Assembly (NCBI GenBank): GCA_965224195.1
Contig: OZ245040.1
Location: 1-64,000 of the forward strand
Length of the DNA: 64,000 bases
Reading direction: 5' to 3'
Source: Nitrosopumilus sp.
Lineage (GTDB): Archaea; Thermoproteota; Nitrososphaeria; Nitrososphaerales; Nitrosopumilaceae
Positions 19,966-30,107 of the stretch are shown here, in pieces. The notes under the pieces were generated by a model. That model was not told where the DNA came from, ran no database searches, and saw only the letters and a program-made list of their open reading frames with translations. The stretch's first letter is position 1. Each line of letters starts with the position of its first letter. The position numbers were made by a program, and so were the translations under genes.

Positions 19966-21229
19966 GAATAGATTTTGGGTCTTCAGTTAGTTTTTCTAAA
20001 GAGATAGTTCCTTCAGTTCCATTTATCATATCTTTGAGAACTACATTTCCATTTTCTAATTCCTGTGGTCCAACTATAATTGCAAATTGTGCATTTGATG
20101 CAATATCCATTTGTTTTTTCATGTTACGTCCTGCTAAATCAATGTCAGTTGGAATGTTGTTAAGTCTAAGCAACGATGTAATAGAATGGGCAACTTTTTG
20201 CATCTCTTCATTGATGTACAATACTGCAACTCTTTTTTGTTTAGTTTCTGAAATTATTTTTTGCTCTTGCATTGTTAAAATAATTCTCTCCACACCACCT
20301 GCAACTCCTGTTGCACCAATATCTTCTCTGTTGAATGCCTTTGTTAGAGTATCATATCTGCCTCCACCAGCTAAAGCACCCAAAGTTGAATTTTTATCAA
20401 ATACTTCAAAGACAATTCCTGAATAGTAGTCTAGTCCTCTAACAATTCCAAAATTAATTCTAACATTTGAAACACCTCTATTCTCTAGTGAATCAATTAA
20501 TGCTTTGAGTTCATCCCATGATTCTAGTTGTGAGACATCAAATGCTTTTTTTACTTCTGCAATTGAGCCTTTGATTTGGGAAAACTCTAGAATTTTTTCT
20601 AGTTTTTCAGTTGCATATCCCTTTTCTTGAAATTCTTTTAGAATTTGCTCTTTTGATTTTTTTGCTATTTTATCTACTGCACGTAAAATATCAGCAACTA
20701 GTTCTGGTTCTTTTGAATCAAAGACTTTGTCGATGTATGACTCAACAAGGTTACGATGATTGATGTCAATTGTGATATCTTTGAGTAATAGTGAATCAAA
20801 TAATCTAGATGTAATTTCTATGATTTCAGATTCTGATTCGAGACTAGCTTTGCCATAAACTTCGATATCCCATTGGTGAAAGTATCGATATCTGCCCTTT
20901 TGTGGTTCATCATATCTAAACACGCCTCCAAATGCAGATATTTTTGCTGGAAGCTTTATTGATTTTTGAGATGCAGCATATCTTGTGAGTCCCATGGTAA
21001 AATCAAAACGTAATGCTACTTCTCTATCACCCTTATCTTTGAAAAAGTAAATTTCATCTCTGATTCCAGGGCCAGATTTTGTTTCTAGAGTTGATAATAA
21101 TTCAATTGGGGAAGGATCCATAAACGAAAATCCGTACAAGTTTGATAATTTCTTGAAATGAGATCTGATATGTTCAATGTTTGCGTTTTCTTCACCTTCA
21201 AAGTCTTTCATTCCACGTGGTAGTTCCAA
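19946..21229 (-). CDS. hisS: Histidine--tRNA ligase
   Basis: PRGMKDF, LRFDFT, FRYDEPQKGRYR, RGLDYY, GGGRYD. Confidence 0.97.
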   Translation of the reverse strand: MELPRGMKDFEGEENANIEHIRSHFKKLSNLYGFSFMDPSPIELLSTLETKSGPGIRDEIYFFKDKGDREVALRFDFTMGLTRYAASQKSIKLPAKISAFGGVFRYDEPQKGRYRYFHQWDIEVYGKASLESESEIIEITSRLFDSLLLKDITIDINHRNLVESYIDKVFDSKEPELVADILRAVDKIAKKSKEQILKEFQEKGYATEKLEKILEFSQIKGSIAEVKKAFDVSQLESWDELKALIDSLENRGVSNVRINFGIVRGLDYYSGIVFEVFDKNSTLGALAGGGRYDTLTKAFNREDIGATGVAGGVERIILTMQEQKIISETKQKRVAVLYINEEMQKVAHSITSLLRLNNIPTDIDLAGRNMKKQMDIASNAQFAIIVGPQELENGNVVLKDMINGTEGTISLEKLTEDPKSILNLEKP

Positions 21230-21302
21230 GATAACTAGTTCTCAAATGATTGTGATTTAGATATTTCTGTGATGACTGATAATAATTGTCAGTATTGTTA
21301 GA

Positions 21303-21701
21303 TTATTTTCTTTTTGGAGAAAATGCTTCTAGCCAATGATGCATAATTTTTTGATTCAAATCTACAAATGTATCTGCATTGTCATTCCATGTCTTTGCTG
21401 TATTTTTCATATTTTCAATGTTAGATATTGTAAGTTTATTGTATACGCTACGAAATTTTAATGCCTCTGCACTCATATTTTCTACGATATCTTTTGCAGA
21501 TTTTGGAAATTGATATCCAGAATTTGATAAGAATTCTTTGTATAGCGATGTATTTGCAGTGATTGTATTTCTCCATGTCTTGTAAAATTCATTTTGTAAA
21601 TCAAATAATGTTTGTTGCATGTGAGGAACTGAATGCTCTAGTTCTGTGAAATATTTGTTGTTTAGTTGGTCCAATATATCATAATCATTATTTTCGGCCA
21701 T
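21303..21701 (-). CDS. Hypothetical alpha-helical protein (likely start MAENND)
   Basis: Uninterrupted ORF; the upstream extension in the ORF track overlaps the neighbouring gene. Confidence 0.6.
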   Translation of the reverse strand: MAENNDYDILDQLNNKYFTELEHSVPHMQQTLFDLQNEFYKTWRNTITANTSLYKEFLSNSGYQFPKSAKDIVENMSAEALKFRSVYNKLTISNIENMKNTAKTWNDNADTFVDLNQKIMHHWLEAFSPKRK

Positions 21702-21771
21702 TGAATATTGTGTGGAATTTGAAGATTTAAGATTATTGAGGTGTTTTGAGGCTAGTTTGTTGATTTTGAGA

Positions 21772-22317
21772 TTAATAAAATGGTCTCTGGCCAAACTTTA
21801 TGAAAATTGCATTGACACTTTCCATTAGAGATTGAACATATGGATAATTTGAATTTCCAATGATATCATTTTTAATAATACTAAGATAGTATCTTTGCTG
21901 TTTTACTAGACGTAGTTTCTTTGATTTTGATGCAGTAGAATTTTTCAATTCTCCTAAATTTGCAGAAATATCACAGAGTTTAATTAATTTTGCACTAAAT
22001 GATGATTCTTTGAGTAAAATTACATATGCTTTCTCACGTTTTTTCCTAGTTAGTGTCTTGTCTTTTGAAATTGATGACACTAGTACTGCAATTTCACTTT
22101 CAAACTGCTCATACAAATCATCAAAAGTTGTTTCTGTGTTCTCTATTGTATCATGAAGCCATCCTGCACAAAATATCTGCTCATCAATTACACCCAAACT
22201 TTTGAGTCGATTTACTACATCATCTAGATGTTTAGAGTATGGCGTGGTTTCATCGGCTCTGAATTGACCTGCATGTTTGTTCTTTGCAAATAATTCTGCA
22301 CTTTTTATAATATCCAA
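21772..22317 (-). CDS. HD-domain (p)ppGpp hydrolase-like protein (Mesh1/SpoT HD family)
   Basis: AKNKHAGQFR, PYSKHL, GWLHDTIE, LIKLCD. Confidence 0.85.
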   Translation of the reverse strand: MDIIKSAELFAKNKHAGQFRADETTPYSKHLDDVVNRLKSLGVIDEQIFCAGWLHDTIENTETTFDDLYEQFESEIAVLVSSISKDKTLTRKKREKAYVILLKESSFSAKLIKLCDISANLGELKNSTASKSKKLRLVKQQRYYLSIIKNDIIGNSNYPYVQSLMESVNAIFIKFGQRPFY

Positions 22318-22381
22318 AATATTCTAAAACTCTGTATATTTTACTCAATATTATCCTAGTAAACTATATTCTAAAGAAAAA

Positions 22382-23377
22382 TTGTATTCTCATATGCCAA
22401 TTGAGAAAACTCTTCTTGGAGATTTAGAGATTTGTAGAATTCTTAACGGAATGTGGCAAGTGGCAGGAGGTCATGGTCAGATTGATTTAGAATCAGCCAT
22501 ATCAGATATGGAAAAATATCAAGAGTCTGGATTTTCCACATGGGATTTGACAGACATTTACGGTCCTGCAGAGTCATTAATTGGAGAGTTTAGAGAAAAA
22601 ATAGATAATAACAATTTTCAAGCACTAACAAAATTTGTTCCAAATCCTGGTCCTATGAGTAGCAGTATCGTAACTCACTATATTAAACAGTCGTTGCAAA
22701 AAATGAAAACAGACTGTATTGATTTACTCCAGTTTCATTGGTGGGATTACAATGATTCAAGCTATCTTGATGCGCTAAATAATTTATCAAAATTACAAAA
22801 AGAGAATAAAATCCGACACATTGGGCTGACAAATTTTGATACTGAACGGGTAAAAATCATGAAAGAGCAAGGATATGATCTAGTGTCAAACCAGGTTCAG
22901 TATTCTATTTTAGATCAAAGGCCAGATAGAGCAATGGCTCCATTTTTTGCAAAACACGGAATAAAGATTCTATCTTATGGGACGTTACTAGGGGGATTTT
23001 TTTCTGAGAAATATATCGGAGTTGATGAACCACATAGAGGTGATTTAACTACATCCAGTCTACAAAAATACAAAAATATGATTGATGCATGGGGAGGATG
23101 GCAATTATTCCAAGAATTATTATCTGTACTGAATAGTATTGCAGAAAAACACAATTGTAGTATTGCAAATATTGCAACTCGATTTGTATTAGATAAACCA
23201 CAAGTTGCAGGTGTAATTATTGGTGCAAGATTAGGAATTTCAGAGCACCGAGAAGACAATGCTAAAGTTTTTGATGTAAAATTGGATGCACAAGACATTT
23301 CATCAATTGACTCTGTTACTGCAAAATCAAATGATCTCTTTGATGTCATTGGAGATTGTGGTGGAGAGTACAGATAA
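22382..23377 (+). CDS. Aldo/keto reductase
   Basis: GMWQ, DLTDIYG, IDLLQFHWW, IGLTNFD, NQVQYS. Confidence 0.9.
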   Translation: MYSHMPIEKTLLGDLEICRILNGMWQVAGGHGQIDLESAISDMEKYQESGFSTWDLTDIYGPAESLIGEFREKIDNNNFQALTKFVPNPGPMSSSIVTHYIKQSLQKMKTDCIDLLQFHWWDYNDSSYLDALNNLSKLQKENKIRHIGLTNFDTERVKIMKEQGYDLVSNQVQYSILDQRPDRAMAPFFAKHGIKILSYGTLLGGFFSEKYIGVDEPHRGDLTTSSLQKYKNMIDAWGGWQLFQELLSVLNSIAEKHNCSIANIATRFVLDKPQVAGVIIGARLGISEHREDNAKVFDVKLDAQDISSIDSVTAKSNDLFDVIGDCGGEYR

Positions 23378-23413
23378 TTTCAGACATGGAAATTTATACT
23401 ATAAAATGAGTAT

Positions 23414-24142
23414 GTGTATTACTTGACTGATGGAGCTTTACCAAAAGAGGATTCTGATTTTAGTCTTCCAGGAAGAATAGATGAAAGTAATTCTGCATAT
23501 TTTGAACCTGAAATGGAATCAAAATCAAAAGGCAGACCACTTGTAATATTTGGAATAGCCTTTGTTTTAGTTGCTGCAGGAGTATTTGCATATTATTTTC
23601 TAAATCAGAGTGAAATTGATTCACAAATTCTTGATAATACTACATTTAAGACGCTAGAGGAGAAGATGGCAAAGCACTATGGAGTTGGACAATTTGGAAG
23701 CGAGCACGCACACGCAGCATTGGTAGTTTTTGTGAATGGTGATCAGTTGGATTTTTCGCATCCGCAGTTTCAGATTCAAAGCAAGTACATTCATTTTGAA
23801 AATGATAATCCATATCTAATTCACAAGCATGCAACTGATGTTCCATTGGATATGTTGTTTGCATCATTTGGATTAAAGATTACAGAAGATTGTATAGAAT
23901 TAAGCTATCAGGCAGGTGCAAATCAACACTGTACTGATAAAGACAATTCGATGATGCTTTTAGTGAATGGAAAATCTATTTCAAACATCAATCTCTATGA
24001 AATAAGACATAATGATAGAATTTTAATTTCATTTGGGGGTTCAGAATTAATTTCAGAGCAGCTAGAACATTTAGAAGAACTAGAAATTCATGACATTCCA
24101 AAAATCAACAAGATAGTTCCCGGGAAAAATATTTCTGTTTGA
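23414..24142 (+). CDS. Membrane-anchored protein with His motifs
   Basis: Single TM, then SEHAHA, IHFE and IHKHA motifs. Confidence 0.7.
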   Translation: MYYLTDGALPKEDSDFSLPGRIDESNSAYFEPEMESKSKGRPLVIFGIAFVLVAAGVFAYYFLNQSEIDSQILDNTTFKTLEEKMAKHYGVGQFGSEHAHAALVVFVNGDQLDFSHPQFQIQSKYIHFENDNPYLIHKHATDVPLDMLFASFGLKITEDCIELSYQAGANQHCTDKDNSMMLLVNGKSISNINLYEIRHNDRILISFGGSELISEQLEHLEELEIHDIPKINKIVPGKNISV

Positions 24143-24206
24143 GAGTGTAAAAAATAGATTCAATGTATAGTGATCCTTTTAGAGTATTAATGAAATAAAA
24201 AATAAA

Positions 24207-24425
24207 ATGGTTGATTGTGCCCATACTTGGAGAAAGAAACTACGATTGCAAGAACTGATGGTTGTTGCAAAACGTGAAATTGATGCAGGGGAGGAAATTG
24301 ATCTAGTTTATGAAATATTAGAAGACGAAATGCAAGCACGATGGAGATTTGTTGGCAGTACAAGACGGCAATACCTTGATGATATTAAGAGGATTTTGGC
24401 AAACCAGTATGTTTTGACAGTATAG
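24207..24425 (+). CDS. Hypothetical protein
   Basis: 72-aa ORF with ATG start in an otherwise free interval. Confidence 0.6.
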   Translation: MVDCAHTWRKKLRLQELMVVAKREIDAGEEIDLVYEILEDEMQARWRFVGSTRRQYLDDIKRILANQYVLTV

Positions 24426-24460
24426 AATTGATTTTTAAGATATGAGATGATACCGTATAC

Positions 24461-24646
24461 ATGGTACTTGCATACATTGGAATTGCAATAGGAGTTTTGA
24501 TAGTAGTGATTCTGATTGTAAAAATTTCAAGGACCAGCCCACGCGAAGTTGCAGGAATTGATGCATTTTGTAAAAAGTGCGGCCTTGAGACAAGAGGAAT
24601 GAATTGTCCTAAATGTGGAAAAAAATCCAAATCATTTGGTGTCTAG
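24461..24646 (+). CDS. Small TM + zinc-ribbon protein
   Basis: N-terminal TM, then CKKC...CPKC. Confidence 0.75.
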   Translation: MVLAYIGIAIGVLIVVILIVKISRTSPREVAGIDAFCKKCGLETRGMNCPKCGKKSKSFGV

Positions 24647-24694
24647 TTCACATTGTGTAGTGATGCTTTAATGGAATGATTTGAAAATTTAGGC

Positions 24695-24844
24695 ATGTCA
24701 GAGCTAATTACAGAGTATTTTACCTGTAAGATTTGCCATGAAAACTATTCTATCTTACACGATCAAGTAAAAGATAGACTAACTACATGTAACGATTGTT
24801 GGCTTAAAATGGATATTTGGCAAAATATGAAGATCCTGATTTGA
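24695..24844 (+). CDS. Small zinc-finger protein (49 aa, below the ORF cutoff; possibly a frameshifted longer gene reaching ~25030)
   Basis: MSELITEYFTCKICHENYSILHDQVKDRLTTCNDCWLK... has two CxxC motifs. Confidence 0.55.
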   Translation: MSELITEYFTCKICHENYSILHDQVKDRLTTCNDCWLKMDIWQNMKILI

Positions 24845-25026
24845 ATAAGAAAACAGATTTGATGAGTTAGATTCCAATACGCTTATGTTGAGAATTTCTA
24901 TACGCAATTCATGGAAGAGGAATATAGAAAAATTATGATTAAACAGAAAAAAGAATTTGAGGAATACAAAAAGAAAGAAGGAGATTCTGATTTAATTTTT
25001 AACAAAAAAGATAACAAGGAAAAGAA

Positions 25027-25287
25027 ATGAAACCCGTAATAATTATTCCAATAATAGTAATTCCAGTCATAGTTGCAGCAGTATTTTTTGTTCAATCAAT
25101 AGAGCAAGAAAATCCTAGTGAGGATATAGTTGAGAAAGGAAGTGATGAAATCAAATGGCAATTATATCAAAAAACATACCTAGAACAAGAGTGTAGAGAA
25201 CTATACATTGGTCAACCAGAAGAATTACAAGATTGCTATGACCGTATTGATGAAGAACAAAGATTGAATCCTCCTATCAGCCCATAA
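25027..25287 (+). CDS. Small membrane-anchored hypothetical protein
   Basis: N-terminal hydrophobic helix and two Cys. Confidence 0.65.
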   Translation: MKPVIIIPIIVIPVIVAAVFFVQSIEQENPSEDIVEKGSDEIKWQLYQKTYLEQECRELYIGQPEELQDCYDRIDEEQRLNPPISP

Positions 25288-25336
25288 AGAATCATTGAAA
25301 AAAAACTCTTAAGCCCATAATTTTAGAAAAATCATT

Positions 25337-26077
25337 GTGAAGCCAATATCCATTGCAGCACTAGTTGTTGTACCCTTCGTGTTATTCATTGCAGCAGGAT
25401 TAGTGTATCAATCACAAACAGGGGCAGACCTTGTTACAGGGGAAAAGACAGGACTTGCAGCTAAAGAAGTGGGACAGGAACAGTTTAAGAGTATTTACAA
25501 GAATGAACCAGTCCAATCACTGAAAGATTTTGATTCTCATAGATGTATTGGAGAAGCTAAATGTGTTTCAGAATTAGTTACAAAAGTTATTGATGGCGAT
25601 ACCATCTACACTTCAAATTATAAAATCAGACTATCACTAGTTGATACTCCAGAAAGAGATGAATTAGGATATTCTAAAGCCACATCATTTACTGCTAAAA
25701 TGTGTCCTGTGGGGAGTTTCATTACCATAGATCAAGACGATATACAACTATATGATCAGTATGATAGATTACTTGCAAATGTCTTTTGTAATGGAAAATC
25801 ACTAAACTCTGCATTACTGTATAATGGCCATGCAGAAATCTCTACACGGTACTGTAGTATCAGTGAGTTTGTAGATTATCCATGGGCTCAAAAATTTGGA
25901 TGTGTAATTCCAGAATCAATAGAAAGTGATTGTGATGTGTCATATCCTGATTTTTGTATTCCAGTTAATTCATCTGATTTAGATTGTGGAGATATTGTAC
26001 AGAAAAAATTCACAGTGTTGCAGCCAGATCCTCATAAATTTGATGGTGACAAAGATGGAATTGGTTGTGAATCCTAG
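25337..26077 (+). CDS. Membrane-anchored thermonuclease (SNase) with C-terminal excalibur-like Ca-binding domain
   Basis: VIDGDT, IRLSLVDTPE, DQYDRLLA; C-terminal DLDC...DPHKFDGDKDGIGCES. Confidence 0.88.
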   Translation: MKPISIAALVVVPFVLFIAAGLVYQSQTGADLVTGEKTGLAAKEVGQEQFKSIYKNEPVQSLKDFDSHRCIGEAKCVSELVTKVIDGDTIYTSNYKIRLSLVDTPERDELGYSKATSFTAKMCPVGSFITIDQDDIQLYDQYDRLLANVFCNGKSLNSALLYNGHAEISTRYCSISEFVDYPWAQKFGCVIPESIESDCDVSYPDFCIPVNSSDLDCGDIVQKKFTVLQPDPHKFDGDKDGIGCES

Positions 26078-26110
26078 CTTAGATATTCATGGAACTAAAA
26101 GAGGAATGAA

Positions 26111-27355
26111 ATGGTAATGAAAAAGATCATTATTTGTTTGATATTATTATCATTAGTTCCAACAGCATTTGCTCAAGAGTATCCTGAACTTGGAGTAAAA
26201 GTAGAGACTGTTGCTGAAAACTTGACCATACCATGGAGTATTGATTGGACTCCTGATGGAATGATTCTCTTTACTGAAAGAAATGGGAATCTAAGAGCTA
26301 TTCAAGATGGAGAATTGCTAGAACAACCGCTACTATCTTTGGGGGTTGGAGGTGTAGAAGGAGGAATGCTCGGGGTTGCAGTTGATCCAAATTATTTAGA
26401 AAATCATTACATCTATGTGTATTACACGTACAATGAACTTATCTCAACATCAAACAAGCTAGTTCGATATCAAATTGAAGATGGAATTGTAAATGAAGAT
26501 AAAGTTTTGATTGAAGGGATTCCAGGAGGACCGTTTCATGATGGGGGTCGAATTCAGTTTGGACCAGATGATAAACTCTACATAACAACAGGTGAGGCTG
26601 GAAACCCGGAATTATCACAGGATCTAAATTCATTGGGAGGGAAAATTTTGCGAATCAACTCAGATGGAACAATACCTGAGGATAATCCATGGGAGAATTC
26701 TCCAATCTATTCAATAGGACATAGAAATCCTCAAGGACTTGACTGGGATGATTCAGGGAATTTAGTTGCAACTGAACATGGACCTTCCGGATGGCGAGGA
26801 GCAGCACATGATGAAATCAATGTGATAGTTTCAGGAAATAATTATGGATGGCCAGATGTAATTGGAGATGAAACGATTGAGGGTTTGCAGAATCCAATAT
26901 TACACACTGGAGATGACACATGGGCACCATCAGGTGCAGAATTTTACTATGGAGAGAAAATTCCACAATGGTTTGGAAAGTACTTTGTTGCAGCACTTCG
27001 TGGAAGTCATTTACACATGATTGATTTTGATTTGCAAAATAATTCCGTAATTTCTCATGAAAAACTATTCCAAGATGAGTTTGGACGATTACGAGATGTG
27101 CAAACAGGGCCAGATGGATTTTTGTACATTTTGACTAGCAATCAAGACGGACGTGGGTCTCCTGATACTAGTGATGATAGAATTCTCAGAGTTGTTCCAA
27201 TAGATAGTGTAGAGACTAGTGAGCCAATCATAAATCCTGAACCTAGTGATTTTAGGGAATCAAGTGACTTTACAAATGAAATTTACACTTATTCTGGTTT
27301 GATTCTTGTTGGAATTGTTACAGTATTCTTTGTGTATAAAAAATTGAAAAACTAG
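26111..27355 (+). CDS. Secreted PQQ-dependent sugar (glucose/sorbosone) dehydrogenase with C-terminal anchor
   Basis: HDGGRIQFGPD, GHRNPQG, TEHGP, NYGWP, GRLRDV. Confidence 0.9.
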   Translation: MVMKKIIICLILLSLVPTAFAQEYPELGVKVETVAENLTIPWSIDWTPDGMILFTERNGNLRAIQDGELLEQPLLSLGVGGVEGGMLGVAVDPNYLENHYIYVYYTYNELISTSNKLVRYQIEDGIVNEDKVLIEGIPGGPFHDGGRIQFGPDDKLYITTGEAGNPELSQDLNSLGGKILRINSDGTIPEDNPWENSPIYSIGHRNPQGLDWDDSGNLVATEHGPSGWRGAAHDEINVIVSGNNYGWPDVIGDETIEGLQNPILHTGDDTWAPSGAEFYYGEKIPQWFGKYFVAALRGSHLHMIDFDLQNNSVISHEKLFQDEFGRLRDVQTGPDGFLYILTSNQDGRGSPDTSDDRILRVVPIDSVETSEPIINPEPSDFRESSDFTNEIYTYSGLILVGIVTVFFVYKKLKN

Positions 27356-27706
27356 TTTCTCTTTGGCAAAAATGGAATTATAGAGCGCACAAACTCCATT
27401 ACATTTTTTGTTTGAATGTATACAGTTCCAGGACCAATAATTTCCATAACTAGTGCCTCTCCACCAAACAGAGTTGTTTTGAAAGAACCATGTTTTGTTA
27501 CTCGGTAGCTTGCAGTAGAGCTTAATGCTACTAGCTGATAATTGAAATTCTATAGTTTTGCTTTTATTCAAACTTGACATTAAATTTTATCATCTTAAAA
27601 GTTTCATTGAATGAGACTTGCCCACAATTATGAAAAATATTGAACACAGGAGTTTAAACTAGATTGGACCTGTAGATCAAGTTGGGTCTAACCAGTACTA
27701 AAAAGA

Positions 27707-28294
27707 CTATTTTTTCTCAATAGATTGTCGATAAACTTCAATTTTTAGAAAATCTTCTACTTCATCCAACATTCTTTCATATGTTTTTGATGATACGATA
27801 CCAGAATGTCTATAAAATCTAAAAATTTCTGAAAGCATTCTGTTTGCCATGATAAATTTCCAAGGTTCTATTTTATCTCTAGGATTTTGATTAAAAATAA
27901 CAGACAGTAAATTGGGTAACAGAGGAGTCACACTAGATTGAATTGTTCCAGGAACCGGCATATCTTCATTCTTCCAAAGTGTTTTTTCTAATTGTTCAGA
28001 ATTTGCAATGCTGCAAAACAAAGACAAATCAATCAGTCCTTTTTGCACAGACTTTCGAATCTTTGACCAAAATTGTGGTCCATATGTGGTTTTATCGATT
28101 TCAGGAAACTCCAATAATTTTTGTTGAGCAGCATCAGTAAAAATCCCGTATTGATCATATGATTTGTATAGTTTTTTATATGATTTTTGAATATTTTTAA
28201 TTATATTTGGGAGATTTAATGCGCGATATTCAGTTATAATATAGAAAATATATGTGAATATCAGATAAATCTTTCCATACCTATTAGAACACAT
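27707..28294 (-). CDS. Hypothetical protein (true start probably near 28220)
   Basis: Long uninterrupted ORF; no recognisable motif. Confidence 0.55.
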   Translation of the reverse strand: MCSNRYGKIYLIFTYIFYIITEYRALNLPNIIKNIQKSYKKLYKSYDQYGIFTDAAQQKLLEFPEIDKTTYGPQFWSKIRKSVQKGLIDLSLFCSIANSEQLEKTLWKNEDMPVPGTIQSSVTPLLPNLLSVIFNQNPRDKIEPWKFIMANRMLSEIFRFYRHSGIVSSKTYERMLDEVEDFLKIEVYRQSIEKK

Positions 28295-28485
28295 GACAAA
28301 CTGTAAAGGCCCATCTAACTGACCTAGTCAAACTGGCAACCCATCAGGTAGCCATAGAGGAAATCATCCTCCAAGAAAATAACAACTTGAATGAAATCTA
28401 GTTTTTAAATTCCCTCTTCTTTTTTCATATCGACTAGACTAGAGTACTTTGTCTCTTAAAAAGTCCCAGTTAGACGTAGAATATC

Positions 28486-28803
28486 TCAATCTGAAGTGAA
28501 AAGTCGGTTAGGGAGTTTTCCACCAAACAACTCTATAAAATCAAAAATCAAATAGAGTCGATTTCCCTTTAGAACGCCAACAGAAACATTCTCTTTCTTG
28601 CAATAGTTGACAAAATCAACATCTTTTGTTACTACAGTATAGCCATTTTCTTTTGCAAATGCAGCAATATCAGGATCCGCAATTCCTACTGAAAGTTCAG
28701 GGTGATGGCCTACACAAATTATTTCATGATTTTTCTCAATTTCTGTACCATTACTTTGATATTGTAATTGACAGTGAACATCAAATAATAATTTCATCAT
28801 CAA
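28486..28803 (-). CDS. DUF5615/Mut7-C PIN-like protein
   Basis: MKLLFD...DPDIAAFAKENGYTVVTKDVDF PIN-like pattern. Confidence 0.75.
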   Translation of the reverse strand: MMMKLLFDVHCQLQYQSNGTEIEKNHEIICVGHHPELSVGIADPDIAAFAKENGYTVVTKDVDFVNYCKKENVSVGVLKGNRLYLIFDFIELFGGKLPNRLFTSD

Positions 28804-28903
28804 ATTTTGTTTAACATAATAATTAAACTTAAAAATTCCAGATTATGATGAAATACCCAATTACCTTATATTCGAGAACAGTGTAATATTGTAAGATAAA
28901 ATA

Positions 28904-29125
28904 ATGAATGTGATTTACAACTACGGTCAAATCCTTGTAATTTTAGGGATCTTGTTGACAGTTGTGTCTATTTCATATTTTGTTTATCAAATTATTCCAG
29001 AACAAGATTACTTACACGGAATAGGGACTGTGATAGGGATCATTGTGTTTGTTGCAGGATTGATTATGTGGTTGCCATCACGTACAATGAAAAAGCATCG
29101 TGAAAAATTAAACTATCATCATTAA
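28904..29125 (+). CDS. Small two-TM membrane protein
   Basis: Two hydrophobic helices. Confidence 0.65.
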   Translation: MNVIYNYGQILVILGILLTVVSISYFVYQIIPEQDYLHGIGTVIGIIVFVAGLIMWLPSRTMKKHREKLNYHH

Positions 29126-29284
29126 AACAGGTTATAAAATTAGGTCGAGTTTGCAAAATCAATAGTGTTAAGATATTTACTAATCTATGTTTTATGTTTC
29201 AGAATAAATTGTACTAATACAGTCATAGCATTCCTGCCAAGGATATTTTTTTCTAGAGTTTTTTTATATCCAGGACATTGCATC

Positions 29285-29725
29285 TTAATCTTGATTTTTT
29301 ATATTTGGTTTTATTACATCAAATGAAATTCTTCCATTATCTATTGCATTTTTGATAGATATCTGTAAATTATCCAATTTTGCAGATTTACCTGTTTTTA
29401 CGTCTAACAACACAACTTCAATTGGATTTTCTTCATCTTTTGTTTTTTTGTCAAATTTTGACATATTTTTAAAAATAACATAATCTATAGGGCTCCCAAG
29501 AAAGCTAGCATCAGATGATTCGTATTTTGAATAAAATTCGGGTAAGAGAGGTGACATTTGTTCTCCAAGTATCCCTTTCAAAGAATTTTGAGAACGATCC
29601 ACGGCATTTTTTCTTTCTTGTTTGATATTGTCCTTCATTAATTGAATATCTTGTCCATGTTTTTGTCGAAGCTTAATTACTAAAACTACAAGAATTCCAA
29701 GAAGGATAGTACCATTATGGCCCAA
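29285..29725 (-). CDS. Membrane-anchored Holliday-junction-resolvase-like PD-(D/E)xK endonuclease (Endonuc_Holl type)
   Basis: GILGEQMSPLLPEF, FLGSPIDYVIF, DVKTG; N-terminal TM. Confidence 0.8.
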   Translation of the reverse strand: MGHNGTILLGILVVLVIKLRQKHGQDIQLMKDNIKQERKNAVDRSQNSLKGILGEQMSPLLPEFYSKYESSDASFLGSPIDYVIFKNMSKFDKKTKDEENPIEVVLLDVKTGKSAKLDNLQISIKNAIDNGRISFDVIKPNIKNQD

Positions 29726-30107
29726 AGGAGAATACTGATTGTGTCTAATTCCATATAAAAATAATAAACTCCCAGTATTTTAGAAATTTCTTAAAATAAA
29801 AATTCAGCCGCATTCTTTCCTTCATCAGTAATTTTTATCCAACGATTCCTACCAATTTTTTTACATCAATGGACCCACATTCTTCTAATGATTGTATGAT
29901 ATTTTTATCCAAACTTGCAAATATGGCAATCACAATTGTTTATGCTTCTGTTTCATTTACTAAAAGTTATTTTTTGAGAAAAGTTTTTGAGAAATTTGAA
30001 ATTGACGATAATTTTATAAAAATTAAATTAAAAATAGGTAAAAGAATAAAATTGTCTTTTGATAATAGATGATCCTTCTTTAATAGGCTACAAGGAATCA
30101 TGAAAGT

